A DNA stretch of 64,000 nt, taken from the NCBI GenBank assembly GCA_036646255.1, contig JAVXMM010000006.1, positions 16,538 through 80,537 of the forward strand. Direction: 5' to 3'. Shown in pieces: positions 37,260 through 46,807 of this stretch. A program made the position numbers and the translations under genes. The DNA comes from Comamonas sp. (GTDB lineage Bacteria > Pseudomonadota > Gammaproteobacteria > Burkholderiales > Burkholderiaceae_C). Position 1 is the stretch's first letter, and the number at the start of each line of letters is the position of its first letter. The notes under the pieces are model-generated. The model was not told the DNA's origin. It worked only from the letters and a program-made list of their open reading frames with translations, and ran no database searches.

Positions 37260-37919
37260 ATGTGGACAACAACAATGACTTCTACCTGGCTGGCCGGCTT
37301 TACCGTCTGCCTGTCACTTATCGTGTCGATCGGCGCGCAAAACCTGTATGTGCTGCGCCAAGCCGTTAGCGGCCAGCATGTGCGTGCCTGCGTGGCCTGG
37401 TGCGTGTTCAGCGACGCCATGCTGATCGCCATCGGCGTGGCCGGTATGGCTCAGGTACTGGGTAACTCGCCTACCTTGGCTTACTACCTCACCCTGGGTG
37501 GCGCCATCTTCTTGCTGGGCTATGGCCTGATGGCGCTGTGGCGCATGGTGACTGCACCCGATGCTGCGCTGACGACCAATGATCAGCCTGGCGGCTCGCA
37601 AATCGCTCGGCGTGGCCTGATGAGTGTGCTGGGTGCGCTGGTGGTGATTACCTTGTTCAACCCGCATGTGTATCTGGATACCGTCGTGCTGGTCGGCTCC
37701 ATTGGTGCTCGCCAAGATGGCATGCTCAAGTGGGTCTTTGTCTTGGGCGCCGCCTGTGCAAGCTTGTTTTGGTTCGTTACTCTGGCACAAGCGGGCAAGC
37801 GCATGCAAAAATTGTTTGCCAATCCCATGGCCTGGCGCGTACTGGACGGCTTGACTGGCGTGATGATGCTGACCTTGGCTTGGTGGGTGTACAGCGGGTT
37901 GGATGCGCTGGCGGACTAA
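37260..37919 (+). CDS. LysE/ArgO amino acid exporter
   Basis: 'LIVSIGAQN..VLRQ' and 'NPHVYLDT'. Confidence 0.9.
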   Translation: MWTTTMTSTWLAGFTVCLSLIVSIGAQNLYVLRQAVSGQHVRACVAWCVFSDAMLIAIGVAGMAQVLGNSPTLAYYLTLGGAIFLLGYGLMALWRMVTAPDAALTTNDQPGGSQIARRGLMSVLGALVVITLFNPHVYLDTVVLVGSIGARQDGMLKWVFVLGAACASLFWFVTLAQAGKRMQKLFANPMAWRVLDGLTGVMMLTLAWWVYSGLDALAD

Positions 37920-38006
37920 TGTGTATTGGCGGACGAGTTGGCTCTAAACGGCTCCGGCCAATTGCGGTAAACCGATATCTGTGCTGGGTAACGAGTATTG
38001 AGAGGA

Positions 38007-38906
38007 TCAGAAGACGCGATCTGCGCTCCAGGCCACGGCCTGATCTCTGAACTCTTGCGCCAAGGGGTGTAGCGGCGCGTTCTTGCGCCAAATCACCCCC
38101 AAATCATGCGTCCACTGAAACGCATCTCCCTCTAATGCGCACAAGTCTTGGCCGTTGGCTTGGCGCAGGGCGATAGTCGCAGCAATCCCCAATAAATCAC
38201 TGTGACGCAGCAGCGTTGCAAACGTCGACGGCGTAGTCTCGCTTTGTACAACAACCTCGGGCAAAGGCAGGCCGCATTTCAGCATGCGCTCATCCAGCCA
38301 GTTGCGCAAAAACAGCCCCTCACTCGGCAAGGCCCAACGCTCTGTGCAAAGGTCTTGCAGCGTATGAAACTGGGCCAATCTGGGGTGATCAGAGCGTGCC
38401 ACCACGCTGATGCGAAGCGTGCCAAGGGGAACATGCGCAATGGTTGCAGGCAGAACCTGTGGCAGTGCAACAAATGCGAGATCCAGCTTGCCTTCATGAA
38501 GTCGCTCAAATAGTGGTGCGCTGAGCAGGCTATCAAAATGAAAACGTGCCATCGGCCGAAATGGCAGAAAACGCGCAATCATGGGTAGCAGGAGTGCCTG
38601 CGTCAAAACCGGCAACGCTCCTATGCGCAACTGCCCAGACTGGGCGGCGCGTTGCTGAGACATGTCTGCACGCAGCCCTTCATAGGCGCACAGCACTTGT
38701 TGAGCTCGCTGCAATAGCCGCTCACCGGCAGGCGTCGGTATGACGCCGCGCGCTACACGCTCCAGCAGCGGCACACCAAACTCTTCTTCCAAGCGCACCA
38801 AGGTTTTCGAAATGGCAGATTGCGTGACTCCGGACTTGGTTGCCGCGCGAGACATTTGGCCCGTTTGGCACAGGCTTATGAAGCACTGAAGATCTTCTAC
38901 GCGCAT
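38007..38906 (-). CDS. LysR-family regulator
   Basis: HTH 'RAA...GVTQSAISK...RLEEEFG..L.ER'. Confidence 0.88.
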   Translation of the reverse strand: MRVEDLQCFISLCQTGQMSRAATKSGVTQSAISKTLVRLEEEFGVPLLERVARGVIPTPAGERLLQRAQQVLCAYEGLRADMSQQRAAQSGQLRIGALPVLTQALLLPMIARFLPFRPMARFHFDSLLSAPLFERLHEGKLDLAFVALPQVLPATIAHVPLGTLRISVVARSDHPRLAQFHTLQDLCTERWALPSEGLFLRNWLDERMLKCGLPLPEVVVQSETTPSTFATLLRHSDLLGIAATIALRQANGQDLCALEGDAFQWTHDLGVIWRKNAPLHPLAQEFRDQAVAWSADRVF

Positions 38907-39028
38907 ACCAGATCCCTAAAAAAATCGATTTCGTATGAATATATGGAATGAATATTAGCGCTTCAGGAATACATCAAAAAGCTTGAGCTCCCTACACTGG
39001 ACTCTCATACCTATAAAAGGAGACAACT

Positions 39029-40084
39029 ATGTATCAGGTACTTGAGCGTGCGTTGATTTTTCCGAGGCGCCTGCGTAATGCGGGAGTGTTGCGCGCATCA
39101 GGCCGCTGGCTTGCGGTGGGGGCGCTGATGATGGGTGCCGTATTCACTGCACGGGCGCAGTCTGCGGAGCAGCCAGGGAAAGCGGCGGGGTTCCCGAGCA
39201 AGCCCATCACCATCGTGGTTCCATCAACGGCCGGTAATGTGAATGATGCCGTCGCCCGGTTGATTGGCCAGGAGCTGCAGACTGCTTGGGGCCAGCCAGT
39301 CATTGTGGAAAATCGCCCAGGTGCAGGGACTATTACAGGTACGCGCTTTGTTGTGGGTGCGCCTAAAGACGGGCATACCCTGCTTTTGACATTCACATCG
39401 CATGTACAAAATCCGTCGCTTTATAAAAATATTGGCTATGACCCGATCAAGGATTTTTCTGCGGTCAGCGAGGTAGCCCTGTCGAGCGTGATGCTGGCGG
39501 CGTGGCCCGCGTTTGAGGCCAAATCAGTGGCGGATATCGTTGCCTTGGTCAAAGCCAAGCCCAGCGAGCTGGCCTATGGCTCCTATGGTGTTGGCACGAC
39601 AGGCCATATTCTTGGCGAGCTTTTCAAACGCGAGGCGAATTTGAACCTGATGCATGTGGCCTACAAAGGTGGGGCGCCTCTAGTGAATGACCTTGCAGCG
39701 GGGCACATCAAATTTGGCTGGGTACCGGTGGGCACTGCGATGGCTTTGGTGAAAGCCGGCAAGCTGCGTCCCATAGCGTTTGCGGGCGCACAGCGCTCTG
39801 CGCTGATGCCCGATGTGCCGACCATGCAGGAGCTGGGCTACAAAGGGTTTGAGCCGGATGCCTGGATGGGGTTGTTAGCGCCCGCAGGCACACCGCAAGA
39901 TCGTATCGATGCCTTGGCTTTCCAGGTGAATAGGATTGTTCGCCAACCAGAAATGCTCCCGCGTTTGAACGCGATGAACCTGGTGCCGGTAGGTGGGACT
40001 GCTGCGCAGTTTCAGGCCAAGCTCAGCAGTGATCTTAGAACCTGGACGCAGATGATTCAGGAGCTGGGTATCACCGCGGAATGA
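39029..40084 (+). CDS. Bug/TctC tripartite tricarboxylate-binding protein
   Basis: FPSKPITIVVP, VENRPGAG, HVAYKGG, PDVPT. Confidence 0.9.
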   Translation: MYQVLERALIFPRRLRNAGVLRASGRWLAVGALMMGAVFTARAQSAEQPGKAAGFPSKPITIVVPSTAGNVNDAVARLIGQELQTAWGQPVIVENRPGAGTITGTRFVVGAPKDGHTLLLTFTSHVQNPSLYKNIGYDPIKDFSAVSEVALSSVMLAAWPAFEAKSVADIVALVKAKPSELAYGSYGVGTTGHILGELFKREANLNLMHVAYKGGAPLVNDLAAGHIKFGWVPVGTAMALVKAGKLRPIAFAGAQRSALMPDVPTMQELGYKGFEPDAWMGLLAPAGTPQDRIDALAFQVNRIVRQPEMLPRLNAMNLVPVGGTAAQFQAKLSSDLRTWTQMIQELGITAE

Positions 40085-40097
40085 GGAGCAAGTGGTG

Positions 40098-41180
40098 ATG
40101 AACGAAATGACCAAAGTGAGCGATGCCATATCGATCCCCGGCGCAGCCCAACTGGCAACGCAAGAAGACCAGAGTGCATACAAGGGCCTGCTGTGTGAGC
40201 AGTGGTGTGATTGGCATGAGCTGACGATGCGTGATCTGAAGCGCCCTGTGCTTTTGCCTGGGCAAGTACGGCTCGCGATCCATCATGCGGGAGTCGGTTT
40301 TGCGCTCAAGCTCTTTGTATCAGGGAAATATCAGCGCAAGCCGCCGCTGCCATTTACACCCGGGACCGAGGCCGCGGGCATTGTGCTGGAGGTGGGCGAG
40401 GGCGTAACACACATCCGGGTAGGGCAGAGGGTTGCTGCAGCCCTGGATTGGGGCGCTTTTGCGCAGGAGGCAGTGACGACCGCTGCCACGGTATACCCCG
40501 TTCCTGATGCGCTGCCACTCAGTATCGCGGCGGCTCTCCCACTAACCTATGGCACCACCTGGGCGGCGCTCAACTGGCGAGCCCAGCTTCAAAAGCGTGA
40601 GGTGTTGCTAGTTTTTGGCGCCAGCGGTGCTCTTGGAACCGCTGCGGTACAGATAGGGCGGGCGCTGGGGGCAGAGGTCATTGCTGTGGCGAGCACTGCA
40701 GACAAGCGTGCTGCCGCGTTGGCGCATGGTGCGCACCATGTATTGGAGGCAGACGCCGAGAATTTGCCGCAGCAGATCAAAACCATGACAAGCGGTCGCG
40801 GTGTGGATGTGGTGTTTGACCCCGTGGGGGGGGCATTTTTTGACGGTGCCTTGCGATGTACTGCTGCGCAGGGGCGCATTTTGACGATTGGTTATGCGAG
40901 CGGGAGTATTCCGCAGATCCCGGCCAACCTTCTGCTAGTCAAGAACATCTCTGTAATTGGTTTCAACTACGGCTATTTCATTGGCTGGGGGCTGACTGAC
41001 GAGCGCCTGCGTTATGCCGATACCGTCCAGGCCATGATGGCGATGCTGTTTGATGCCATGGCTTCGGGGCGCCTGGAAAAACCCCGTATCCAGCCCTACG
41101 CCTTTGACCAATGGATGGAGGGCGTGGAGGCAACGATGAACCGTCGCTCAGTGGGGAAAGTTATTTTGAGCATGGTCTGA
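40098..41180 (+). CDS. NADPH:quinone oxidoreductase (MDR family)
   Basis: 'PFTPGTEAAG', GASGALG, VFDPVGG, 'PANLLLVKN'. Start uncertain. Confidence 0.85.
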   Translation: MNEMTKVSDAISIPGAAQLATQEDQSAYKGLLCEQWCDWHELTMRDLKRPVLLPGQVRLAIHHAGVGFALKLFVSGKYQRKPPLPFTPGTEAAGIVLEVGEGVTHIRVGQRVAAALDWGAFAQEAVTTAATVYPVPDALPLSIAAALPLTYGTTWAALNWRAQLQKREVLLVFGASGALGTAAVQIGRALGAEVIAVASTADKRAAALAHGAHHVLEADAENLPQQIKTMTSGRGVDVVFDPVGGAFFDGALRCTAAQGRILTIGYASGSIPQIPANLLLVKNISVIGFNYGYFIGWGLTDERLRYADTVQAMMAMLFDAMASGRLEKPRIQPYAFDQWMEGVEATMNRRSVGKVILSMV

Positions 41181-41226
41181 GTCGCGGTTGTATGCAATAG
41201 CTTAGCGCTCGCTAAGAATACACAGG

Positions 41227-42405
41227 ATGAGAGTGATGATGAGTACAGAAGAGACGGAAGACGACGCGCTGCCATTGGCGGGCCTTCGTGTGCTGGACCT
41301 GAGCCAGGGGATTGCTGGCCCCTATTGCGGTTTGATTCTGCGACAACAGGGGGCGGACGTCATCAAGGTAGAGCCCCCGCAAGGCGATTGGAGCCGGGGC
41401 ATGGGGCGCCAAAAAGAGGGCATGTCTGCCATCTTTGCTGCTTGTAACGCAGGCAAGCAAGGCGTGTGTCTGGACACCCGCACCGAGCAAGGGAGACTTG
41501 CGCTGCAGGCGCTTGCGCAAAGTGCGGATATCGTGATCCAGAACTATCGTCCCGGCGTTGCTCAGCGCATGGGCGCGGGCTGGGAGCAGCTCTCTCAGCA
41601 GAAGCCTAGTTTGGTGTATGTATCCATATCGGGCTGGGGCGGAACTGGCCCCATGGCCCATGTGCCTACGTTGGATACAACCATGCAAGCGGCCAGCGGC
41701 ATGATGGCTGCCAACAAAGGTGTTGATGGCAAGCCGCACCGCATAGGCTTGTATTTGATTGATTATGCAACTGGCCTCTACGCGGCCCAAGGCGTGATGG
41801 CGGCGCTGTTGCGTAAGAGTATTTCCGGGCGCGGCAAGCATGTACAGGTTGCCATGCTGCAGACTGCAGCGGCACTGCAATCCTATCTGGTACTTGATGC
41901 GGGCATGTTTGCTGGGCAAAGCAGTGCGGTGTTCAACGCCCCGACTGGGTTGTTTGATACCCAGGATGGACAGCAAATCTACATCAGCATGCTCAATGAC
42001 GCCATGTTCTTGCGGCTTGCGCATGCGCTGGCTCAGGAAAGCTGGATGCATGATACGGAACTGCACCACAGCGGCGGGCGGCTTTCTAGAGTGGATGCTT
42101 TGACCGAGACTCTGCGCGCCGCTATTGCCCAACAACCGTTGGCTTACTGGGTGCGCGTGCTTGCGGATAGCGATGTGCTCTTTGCGCCATTGCGTACTGC
42201 TGCACAACTGCCGTCAGACAGCCAAGCCCAGCATTTAGGCATCTACCAGGACCACCCTTTGGACGGGTTTCCTTCGCAGTCATTCCCAGTGCTCCCGGGA
42301 GAAGGTGCCGCTTCTGCACAGCTATCGCCTGCACCTCAATTGGGCCAGCACACCCAAAAAATACTAGCGGAGATGCAATTGAGCCACGACTCTGGTCCGC
42401 ATTGA
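41227..42405 (+). CDS. CaiB/BaiF class III CoA-transferase
   Basis: PLAGLRVLDLS, AGPYC, GADVIKVE, NYRPG, catalytic-position D in 'IDYATG', P.LGQHT. Confidence 0.9.
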   Translation: MRVMMSTEETEDDALPLAGLRVLDLSQGIAGPYCGLILRQQGADVIKVEPPQGDWSRGMGRQKEGMSAIFAACNAGKQGVCLDTRTEQGRLALQALAQSADIVIQNYRPGVAQRMGAGWEQLSQQKPSLVYVSISGWGGTGPMAHVPTLDTTMQAASGMMAANKGVDGKPHRIGLYLIDYATGLYAAQGVMAALLRKSISGRGKHVQVAMLQTAAALQSYLVLDAGMFAGQSSAVFNAPTGLFDTQDGQQIYISMLNDAMFLRLAHALAQESWMHDTELHHSGGRLSRVDALTETLRAAIAQQPLAYWVRVLADSDVLFAPLRTAAQLPSDSQAQHLGIYQDHPLDGFPSQSFPVLPGEGAASAQLSPAPQLGQHTQKILAEMQLSHDSGPH

Positions 42406-42731
42406 GCGCGCTCATGCGTGCATTTGCCAGTGTGCTTTGACTGTGTGCACCAAAGCGGCCAAATACTTGTTCTTGGGCCGCTCTGTGGGTGGCGCTAGCC
42501 GGCTCTTCCTCAGCAGCTGATTCATAGCGTTAAGTGGCTCTAGCGGATGTGGTGGGAGCACTGGTGGGCCGTGTTTTGATAGTCTGAGGTGCGCTCCGCG
42601 TGGTGCCGGGTGCCACGTGTGCTGGGCTGGCTGGCGTGATGAGGCTGGTTTGGGCTTGGGGCGTTGAAAGTGAGTTGAATAGGCTGGCGGCTGGTATCGC
42701 GGTTGCTACAGAAATTAAGTGATCAAGCCAG

Positions 42732-42757
42732 AAAATGGGGGCGTTTGCCCCCATTTT
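42732..42757. terminator. Bidirectional terminator-like hairpin in a long intergenic region
   Basis: AAAATGGGGGC-GTTT-GCCCCCATTTT. Confidence 0.55.
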
Positions 42758-43087
42758 TGTAGAGGCATATTTGCTGAAGGTGGAGCGCCTGTCATGGACT
42801 ACCCTGGCTGCAGCGCCGTTTGCAACAGGCAAAGTGCCTGGAGCTTCAGGAGCATTGCCGTGCCCCGGAATGGAGCTGCAGCATCTCTGCGCATGGGTGC
42901 TGGGGGGGGGCTAGCCCTCAGACGGATTGATGCATCAAAGTGGACGATCGCGATGGTGTGTTTCCATGCCTGCCATTGGTTCTGTATAGGCTCATTTGTA
43001 GGTGTGGCGACACGTAATCGCTGATAGGCCTGGGCGATCATGTTACCGTTACAAATTTATCGTCTAGGGTTTGTGCCCACGCTTGCC

Positions 43088-43849
43088 ATGCACCAGTCTG
43101 ACAACGCTCCCGTTCACACTCCGCACCAAACACTGTCCGAGTACTACCAGGATGAGTCTCAGCGGGCCGCCTTTTTGCGCGAAATTTTTAACACCACAGC
43201 GCCTGATTACGACCGCGTGGAACGCATGCTTGCCTTTGGTACTGGCACTGCCTATCGCCATAGGGCCCTGGCGCGAGCGGGCCTAACGCAGGGCATGCAG
43301 GTGCTGGATGTAGGCTTTGGCACTGGCCTGGTCGCCGCACAGGCTATCAAACTGACGGGTGACGTGAGCCGTGTGGTGGGTGTGGACCCCAGCCCTGGCA
43401 TGATGCAAGCCAGCCCGTTGGCTGCCACCGTCCAGTTGCTGGAAGGAAGGGCTGAATCGCTGCCGGTGGGCGATGCCACGCAAGACTTCGTCAGCATGGG
43501 TTATGCGCTGCGCCATGTCAGCAATGTAGAGGCGGCTTTTGAGGAGTTTTACCGCGTGCTCAAGCCCGGTGGCCGTGTTTGTGTGCTGGAGATCACGCCA
43601 GCCGAAGGCCGTGTGGCGAACGCCTTGCTCAGGTTCTATGTGCGTCACTGGGTGCCCATGGCGGCGCGGGCGCGTGGCGTTAAAACCAACACACCCAAAA
43701 TTTGGCGCTACTACTGGGACAGTATCGAGGCCTGTGCTCCGCCACCGCGCATTCTGGATACGCTGCGGTCCGTGGGCTTTAGCGAGGTGAAACGCTTTAC
43801 TGAGCTGGGTATTTTTAGCGAATACACGGCGACCAAACCGCTGAAGTAA
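43088..43849 (+). CDS. Class I SAM-dependent methyltransferase (UbiE/MenG-like)
   Basis: 'F...A..YD', VLDVGFGTG, GYALRHV, RVLKPGG..VLE. Confidence 0.85.
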   Translation: MHQSDNAPVHTPHQTLSEYYQDESQRAAFLREIFNTTAPDYDRVERMLAFGTGTAYRHRALARAGLTQGMQVLDVGFGTGLVAAQAIKLTGDVSRVVGVDPSPGMMQASPLAATVQLLEGRAESLPVGDATQDFVSMGYALRHVSNVEAAFEEFYRVLKPGGRVCVLEITPAEGRVANALLRFYVRHWVPMAARARGVKTNTPKIWRYYWDSIEACAPPPRILDTLRSVGFSEVKRFTELGIFSEYTATKPLK

Positions 43850-43871
43850 TCCAGTCAGCGCGCAGATGAGC

Positions 43872-43898
43872 AAGGGACGCCGTAGCGTCCCTTTTTTG
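43872..43898. terminator. Intrinsic terminator between convergent genes
   Basis: AAGGGACGC-CGTA-GCGTCCCTT followed by a T tract. Confidence 0.8.
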
Positions 43899-43913
43899 TT
43901 GGTAGCGGGGGCA

Positions 43914-45947
43914 TTAGCGGCCGCGCAAAAACAGCCCGTCCAGCTCTTTCATCGTCAACTGGCGCCAGGTGGGACGGCCGTGGTTGCACTGGTCAGATCG
44001 CTCGGTGTGCTCCATATCGCGCAGCAGGGCGTTCATCTCGTCGATGGTGAGTTGGCGGTTGGCGCGCACGGCGCCGTGGCAGGCCATGGTGCCCAAAATC
44101 TCATTACGGGCCCGTTGCACTACGGTGCTGGCATCGTGATGGGCCAGCTCGGCCAGCACGCTGCGCGCCAGCTCTACCGGGTTGCCTTGGGCCAAGGTGG
44201 TGGGCGTGGCTCGAACGGCCAGGGTTTTGGGCGAGAAAGGTACGACTTCCAGCCCCAGTTGGGCCAAGGTCTCGGCATTGTCCTCGGCGGTGGCCACCTC
44301 CTCTGGGGTTGCCGAGAAGGTAGCGGGGATCAGCAGTGGCTGGCTGGCAATGGCATCGCCATTGTTGATTTGGCTCTTGAGGCGCTCATACACGATGCGT
44401 TCGTGCGCGGCATGCATGTCGACAATCACCATGCCCTGGGCGTTCTCGGCCAGTATGTAGACGCCGTGGATTTGCGCGACGGCACGGCCCAGCGGCCAGG
44501 GATTCTCAGGGGACTCCGGTGGCAAGCTGGGCACCAACTGCGGCGCGCTGGGCTGTATGGACCAGGTTGTACTGTTTTCTTGCGCTGAAGGGGCGGGCTT
44601 GAGCTGCCAAGCTGCAGGCGCGGCATGAGGCGTGGTGTTGATGGTGCCGCTGGGGCGGTCAGACTGCCCCCACAGCACGGCAGTTTGTTGCAGTGCTGCT
44701 GCGCCATCTACACGCGGGCCACTGTCAAAATGTATAGCTGTTTGCGCATGCTGGGCGGGCGCTAGTGGCCTGTTTGATGCAAAATCTGCGCTGGTAGGCG
44801 CAGTATCTGGCGCGGATGCATCTGCCAACTGCTGGGCGCGCGGTGCAGCCAGCGCGTTTTCTACGCCGTGCAGCACGCCCTGGTGCACCTCGCGGCTATC
44901 GCGAAAACGTACCTCGATCTTGGTGGGGTGCACGTTCACGTCCACGCGCATCGGGTCAATGCTGATGTACAGCGCATAGACCGGCTGGCGGTTGCCATGC
45001 AGCACGTCCTCATAGGCGGCACGGGCGGCGTGGGTCAGTACCTTGTCGCGTACGAAGCGGCCATTGACATAGCAAAACTGCTGGTCAGCCCGCGAGCGTG
45101 CTGCATTGGGTACGCCCGCACGACCGCGCACCAGCACATGGCCGGCGCGATAGTGCACAACAACGGATTGCTCCAAAAAATCGTGGCCCAGTACATCGGC
45201 CAGACGCTTGTCCAGCGCTTGCTGCAGCAGTTGCTCGCGTGCCGCCTCATCCGGTGCGGCATCTATATCGGCGGCAGACAAGGTGGAGCGCCACTGCTCT
45301 ACCAGCTTGCCTTCATGCCAGATGGCAAAGCCCACGCTGGGGCGCGTGAGCGCATGGCGACGCACGGCCTCAATGCAGTGCGCAAGCTCGGTAGCATCGG
45401 TCTTCAAAAACTTGCGGCGCGCCGGGGTGCTGAAGAACAGCTCCTTCACCTCCATCGTCGTGCCGGGGTTGCGGGCGGCGGGGCGTAGTTCGCCGCTTCG
45501 GGCGTCGAGCATATAGGCGCTGTCTTGGTCAGCTGGGCGCGACAGTACGGCCATCTCAGAGACAGACGCAATCGCGGCCAGTGCCTCGCCCCGGAAGCCC
45601 ATGGTCGCTACCGACTCCAGATCATGCAGGCTGCGGATCTTGCTGGTGGCGTGGCGGCGCAGTGCAATAGGCAACTCCTCACGCGGAATTCCGCAGCCGT
45701 CATCTTCTACCGTAATCAGCCGCACACCGCCCGCCAGCAGGCGTACGGTGATGCTGGTGGCGCCTGCGTCCAGCGCGTTGTCCACCAACTCGCGCACAAC
45801 AGATGCAGGGCGCTCCACCACCTCGCCAGCTGCGATCTGGCTCACTAGTTCATCGGGCAAATCCTGGATCTGGCGGCGCGGCGTGGTGGCAATGGCCAGC
45901 ACAGAGGCGTCGGCGTCAAACTCGGGGGCGGTGGTTTCTGCAGTCAT
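43914..45947 (-). CDS. mutL: DNA mismatch repair protein MutL
   Basis: IAAGEVVERPAS, GFRGEAL, DVNVHPTK, endonuclease motifs DMHAAHER, ACH, CNHGRP. Confidence 0.97.
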   Translation of the reverse strand: MTAETTAPEFDADASVLAIATTPRRQIQDLPDELVSQIAAGEVVERPASVVRELVDNALDAGATSITVRLLAGGVRLITVEDDGCGIPREELPIALRRHATSKIRSLHDLESVATMGFRGEALAAIASVSEMAVLSRPADQDSAYMLDARSGELRPAARNPGTTMEVKELFFSTPARRKFLKTDATELAHCIEAVRRHALTRPSVGFAIWHEGKLVEQWRSTLSAADIDAAPDEAAREQLLQQALDKRLADVLGHDFLEQSVVVHYRAGHVLVRGRAGVPNAARSRADQQFCYVNGRFVRDKVLTHAARAAYEDVLHGNRQPVYALYISIDPMRVDVNVHPTKIEVRFRDSREVHQGVLHGVENALAAPRAQQLADASAPDTAPTSADFASNRPLAPAQHAQTAIHFDSGPRVDGAAALQQTAVLWGQSDRPSGTINTTPHAAPAAWQLKPAPSAQENSTTWSIQPSAPQLVPSLPPESPENPWPLGRAVAQIHGVYILAENAQGMVIVDMHAAHERIVYERLKSQINNGDAIASQPLLIPATFSATPEEVATAEDNAETLAQLGLEVVPFSPKTLAVRATPTTLAQGNPVELARSVLAELAHHDASTVVQRARNEILGTMACHGAVRANRQLTIDEMNALLRDMEHTERSDQCNHGRPTWRQLTMKELDGLFLRGR
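44721..44784 (+). repeat. Palindromic repeat copy in frame inside mutL
   Basis: TATAGCTGTTTGCGCATGCTGGGCGGGCGCTAGTGGCCTGTTTG; encodes ASNRPLAPAQHAQTAIHFDS. Confidence 0.8.
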
Positions 45948-46066
45948 GAGGGGGATTTTAGGCAGCTGCGCAAGTCCATTCAGAGTAAAGTGCGCACTGC
46001 GCTATGCAAGCCATAGCAAATAGGGGTGGCAGCTCTTGCCTTTATGCATATCAAGAGGGACGTGTT

Positions 46067-46726
46067 TTGGAAATCGTGATGTATTTGGTCGACTTCATTT
46101 TGCATGTCGACAAGTATCTGGAAGCTTTTGTAACCACCTACGGCATGTGGGTGTACGCGCTGCTGTTTTTGATTGTGTTTGTGGAGACGGGCGTGGTGGT
46201 GATGCCATTTTTGCCCGGTGATTCGCTGCTCTTTATTGTGGGTGCCATGTGCGGCGCAGGCTTGATGAGCTACCCGCTGGCTACGGCTGTCTTGATTGCC
46301 GCTGCCTTTTTGGGCGACCAGTGCAATTACCAGATCGGACACCATTTAGGGCCCAAGGTGTTCCAGTGGGAGAACTCGCGCTGGTTCAACCGCAAAGCCT
46401 TTGACAAGGCGCATGCCTTTTACGAGCGCTACGGCGGCATCACCGTGATCTTGGCGCGCTTTATGCCATTTTTGCGCACCTTTGCGCCGTTCGTGGCCGG
46501 GGTGGCCAAGATGAACCGTGTCAAGTTTGTGATTTTTAATCTGCTAGGTGCGCTGATCTGGGTGTTTGGTATTTGTACGGCAGGTTACTTTTTCGGCAAC
46601 ATGCCTTGGGTCAAAGCCAACCTGGAGAAGATTATCTGGGGCCTTATCCTGATCCCCGGCCTGCTGGCTATTTGGGGCGCTTGGCGCGCGGGTAAGAAAG
46701 AAGAAGCCGGCAAAGCCGCCTCATAA
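46067..46726 (+). CDS. dedA: DedA-family membrane protein
   Basis: FVETG...PFLPGDSLLF, ARFMP..RTFAPFVAG; TTG start after GAGGGA. Confidence 0.92.
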   Translation: MEIVMYLVDFILHVDKYLEAFVTTYGMWVYALLFLIVFVETGVVVMPFLPGDSLLFIVGAMCGAGLMSYPLATAVLIAAAFLGDQCNYQIGHHLGPKVFQWENSRWFNRKAFDKAHAFYERYGGITVILARFMPFLRTFAPFVAGVAKMNRVKFVIFNLLGALIWVFGICTAGYFFGNMPWVKANLEKIIWGLILIPGLLAIWGAWRAGKKEEAGKAAS

Positions 46727-46743
46727 GCGGTTTATCGCGCAAT

Positions 46744-46773
46744 AACAAAGGGACCGCATGCGGTCCCTTTGTT
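46744..46773. terminator. Bidirectional terminator (dedA/amiC)
   Basis: Perfect 30-bp palindrome AACAAAGGGACCGCA|TGCGGTCCCTTTGTT. Confidence 0.8.
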
Positions 46774-46807
46774 TGTTTACGGCGTCTAAAAAAACGCCAA
46801 CATGCTC

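Noticed and set aside
41212-42207. 331-aa minus-strand ORF
   Set aside because: Antisense shadow of the CaiB gene in GC-rich DNA.
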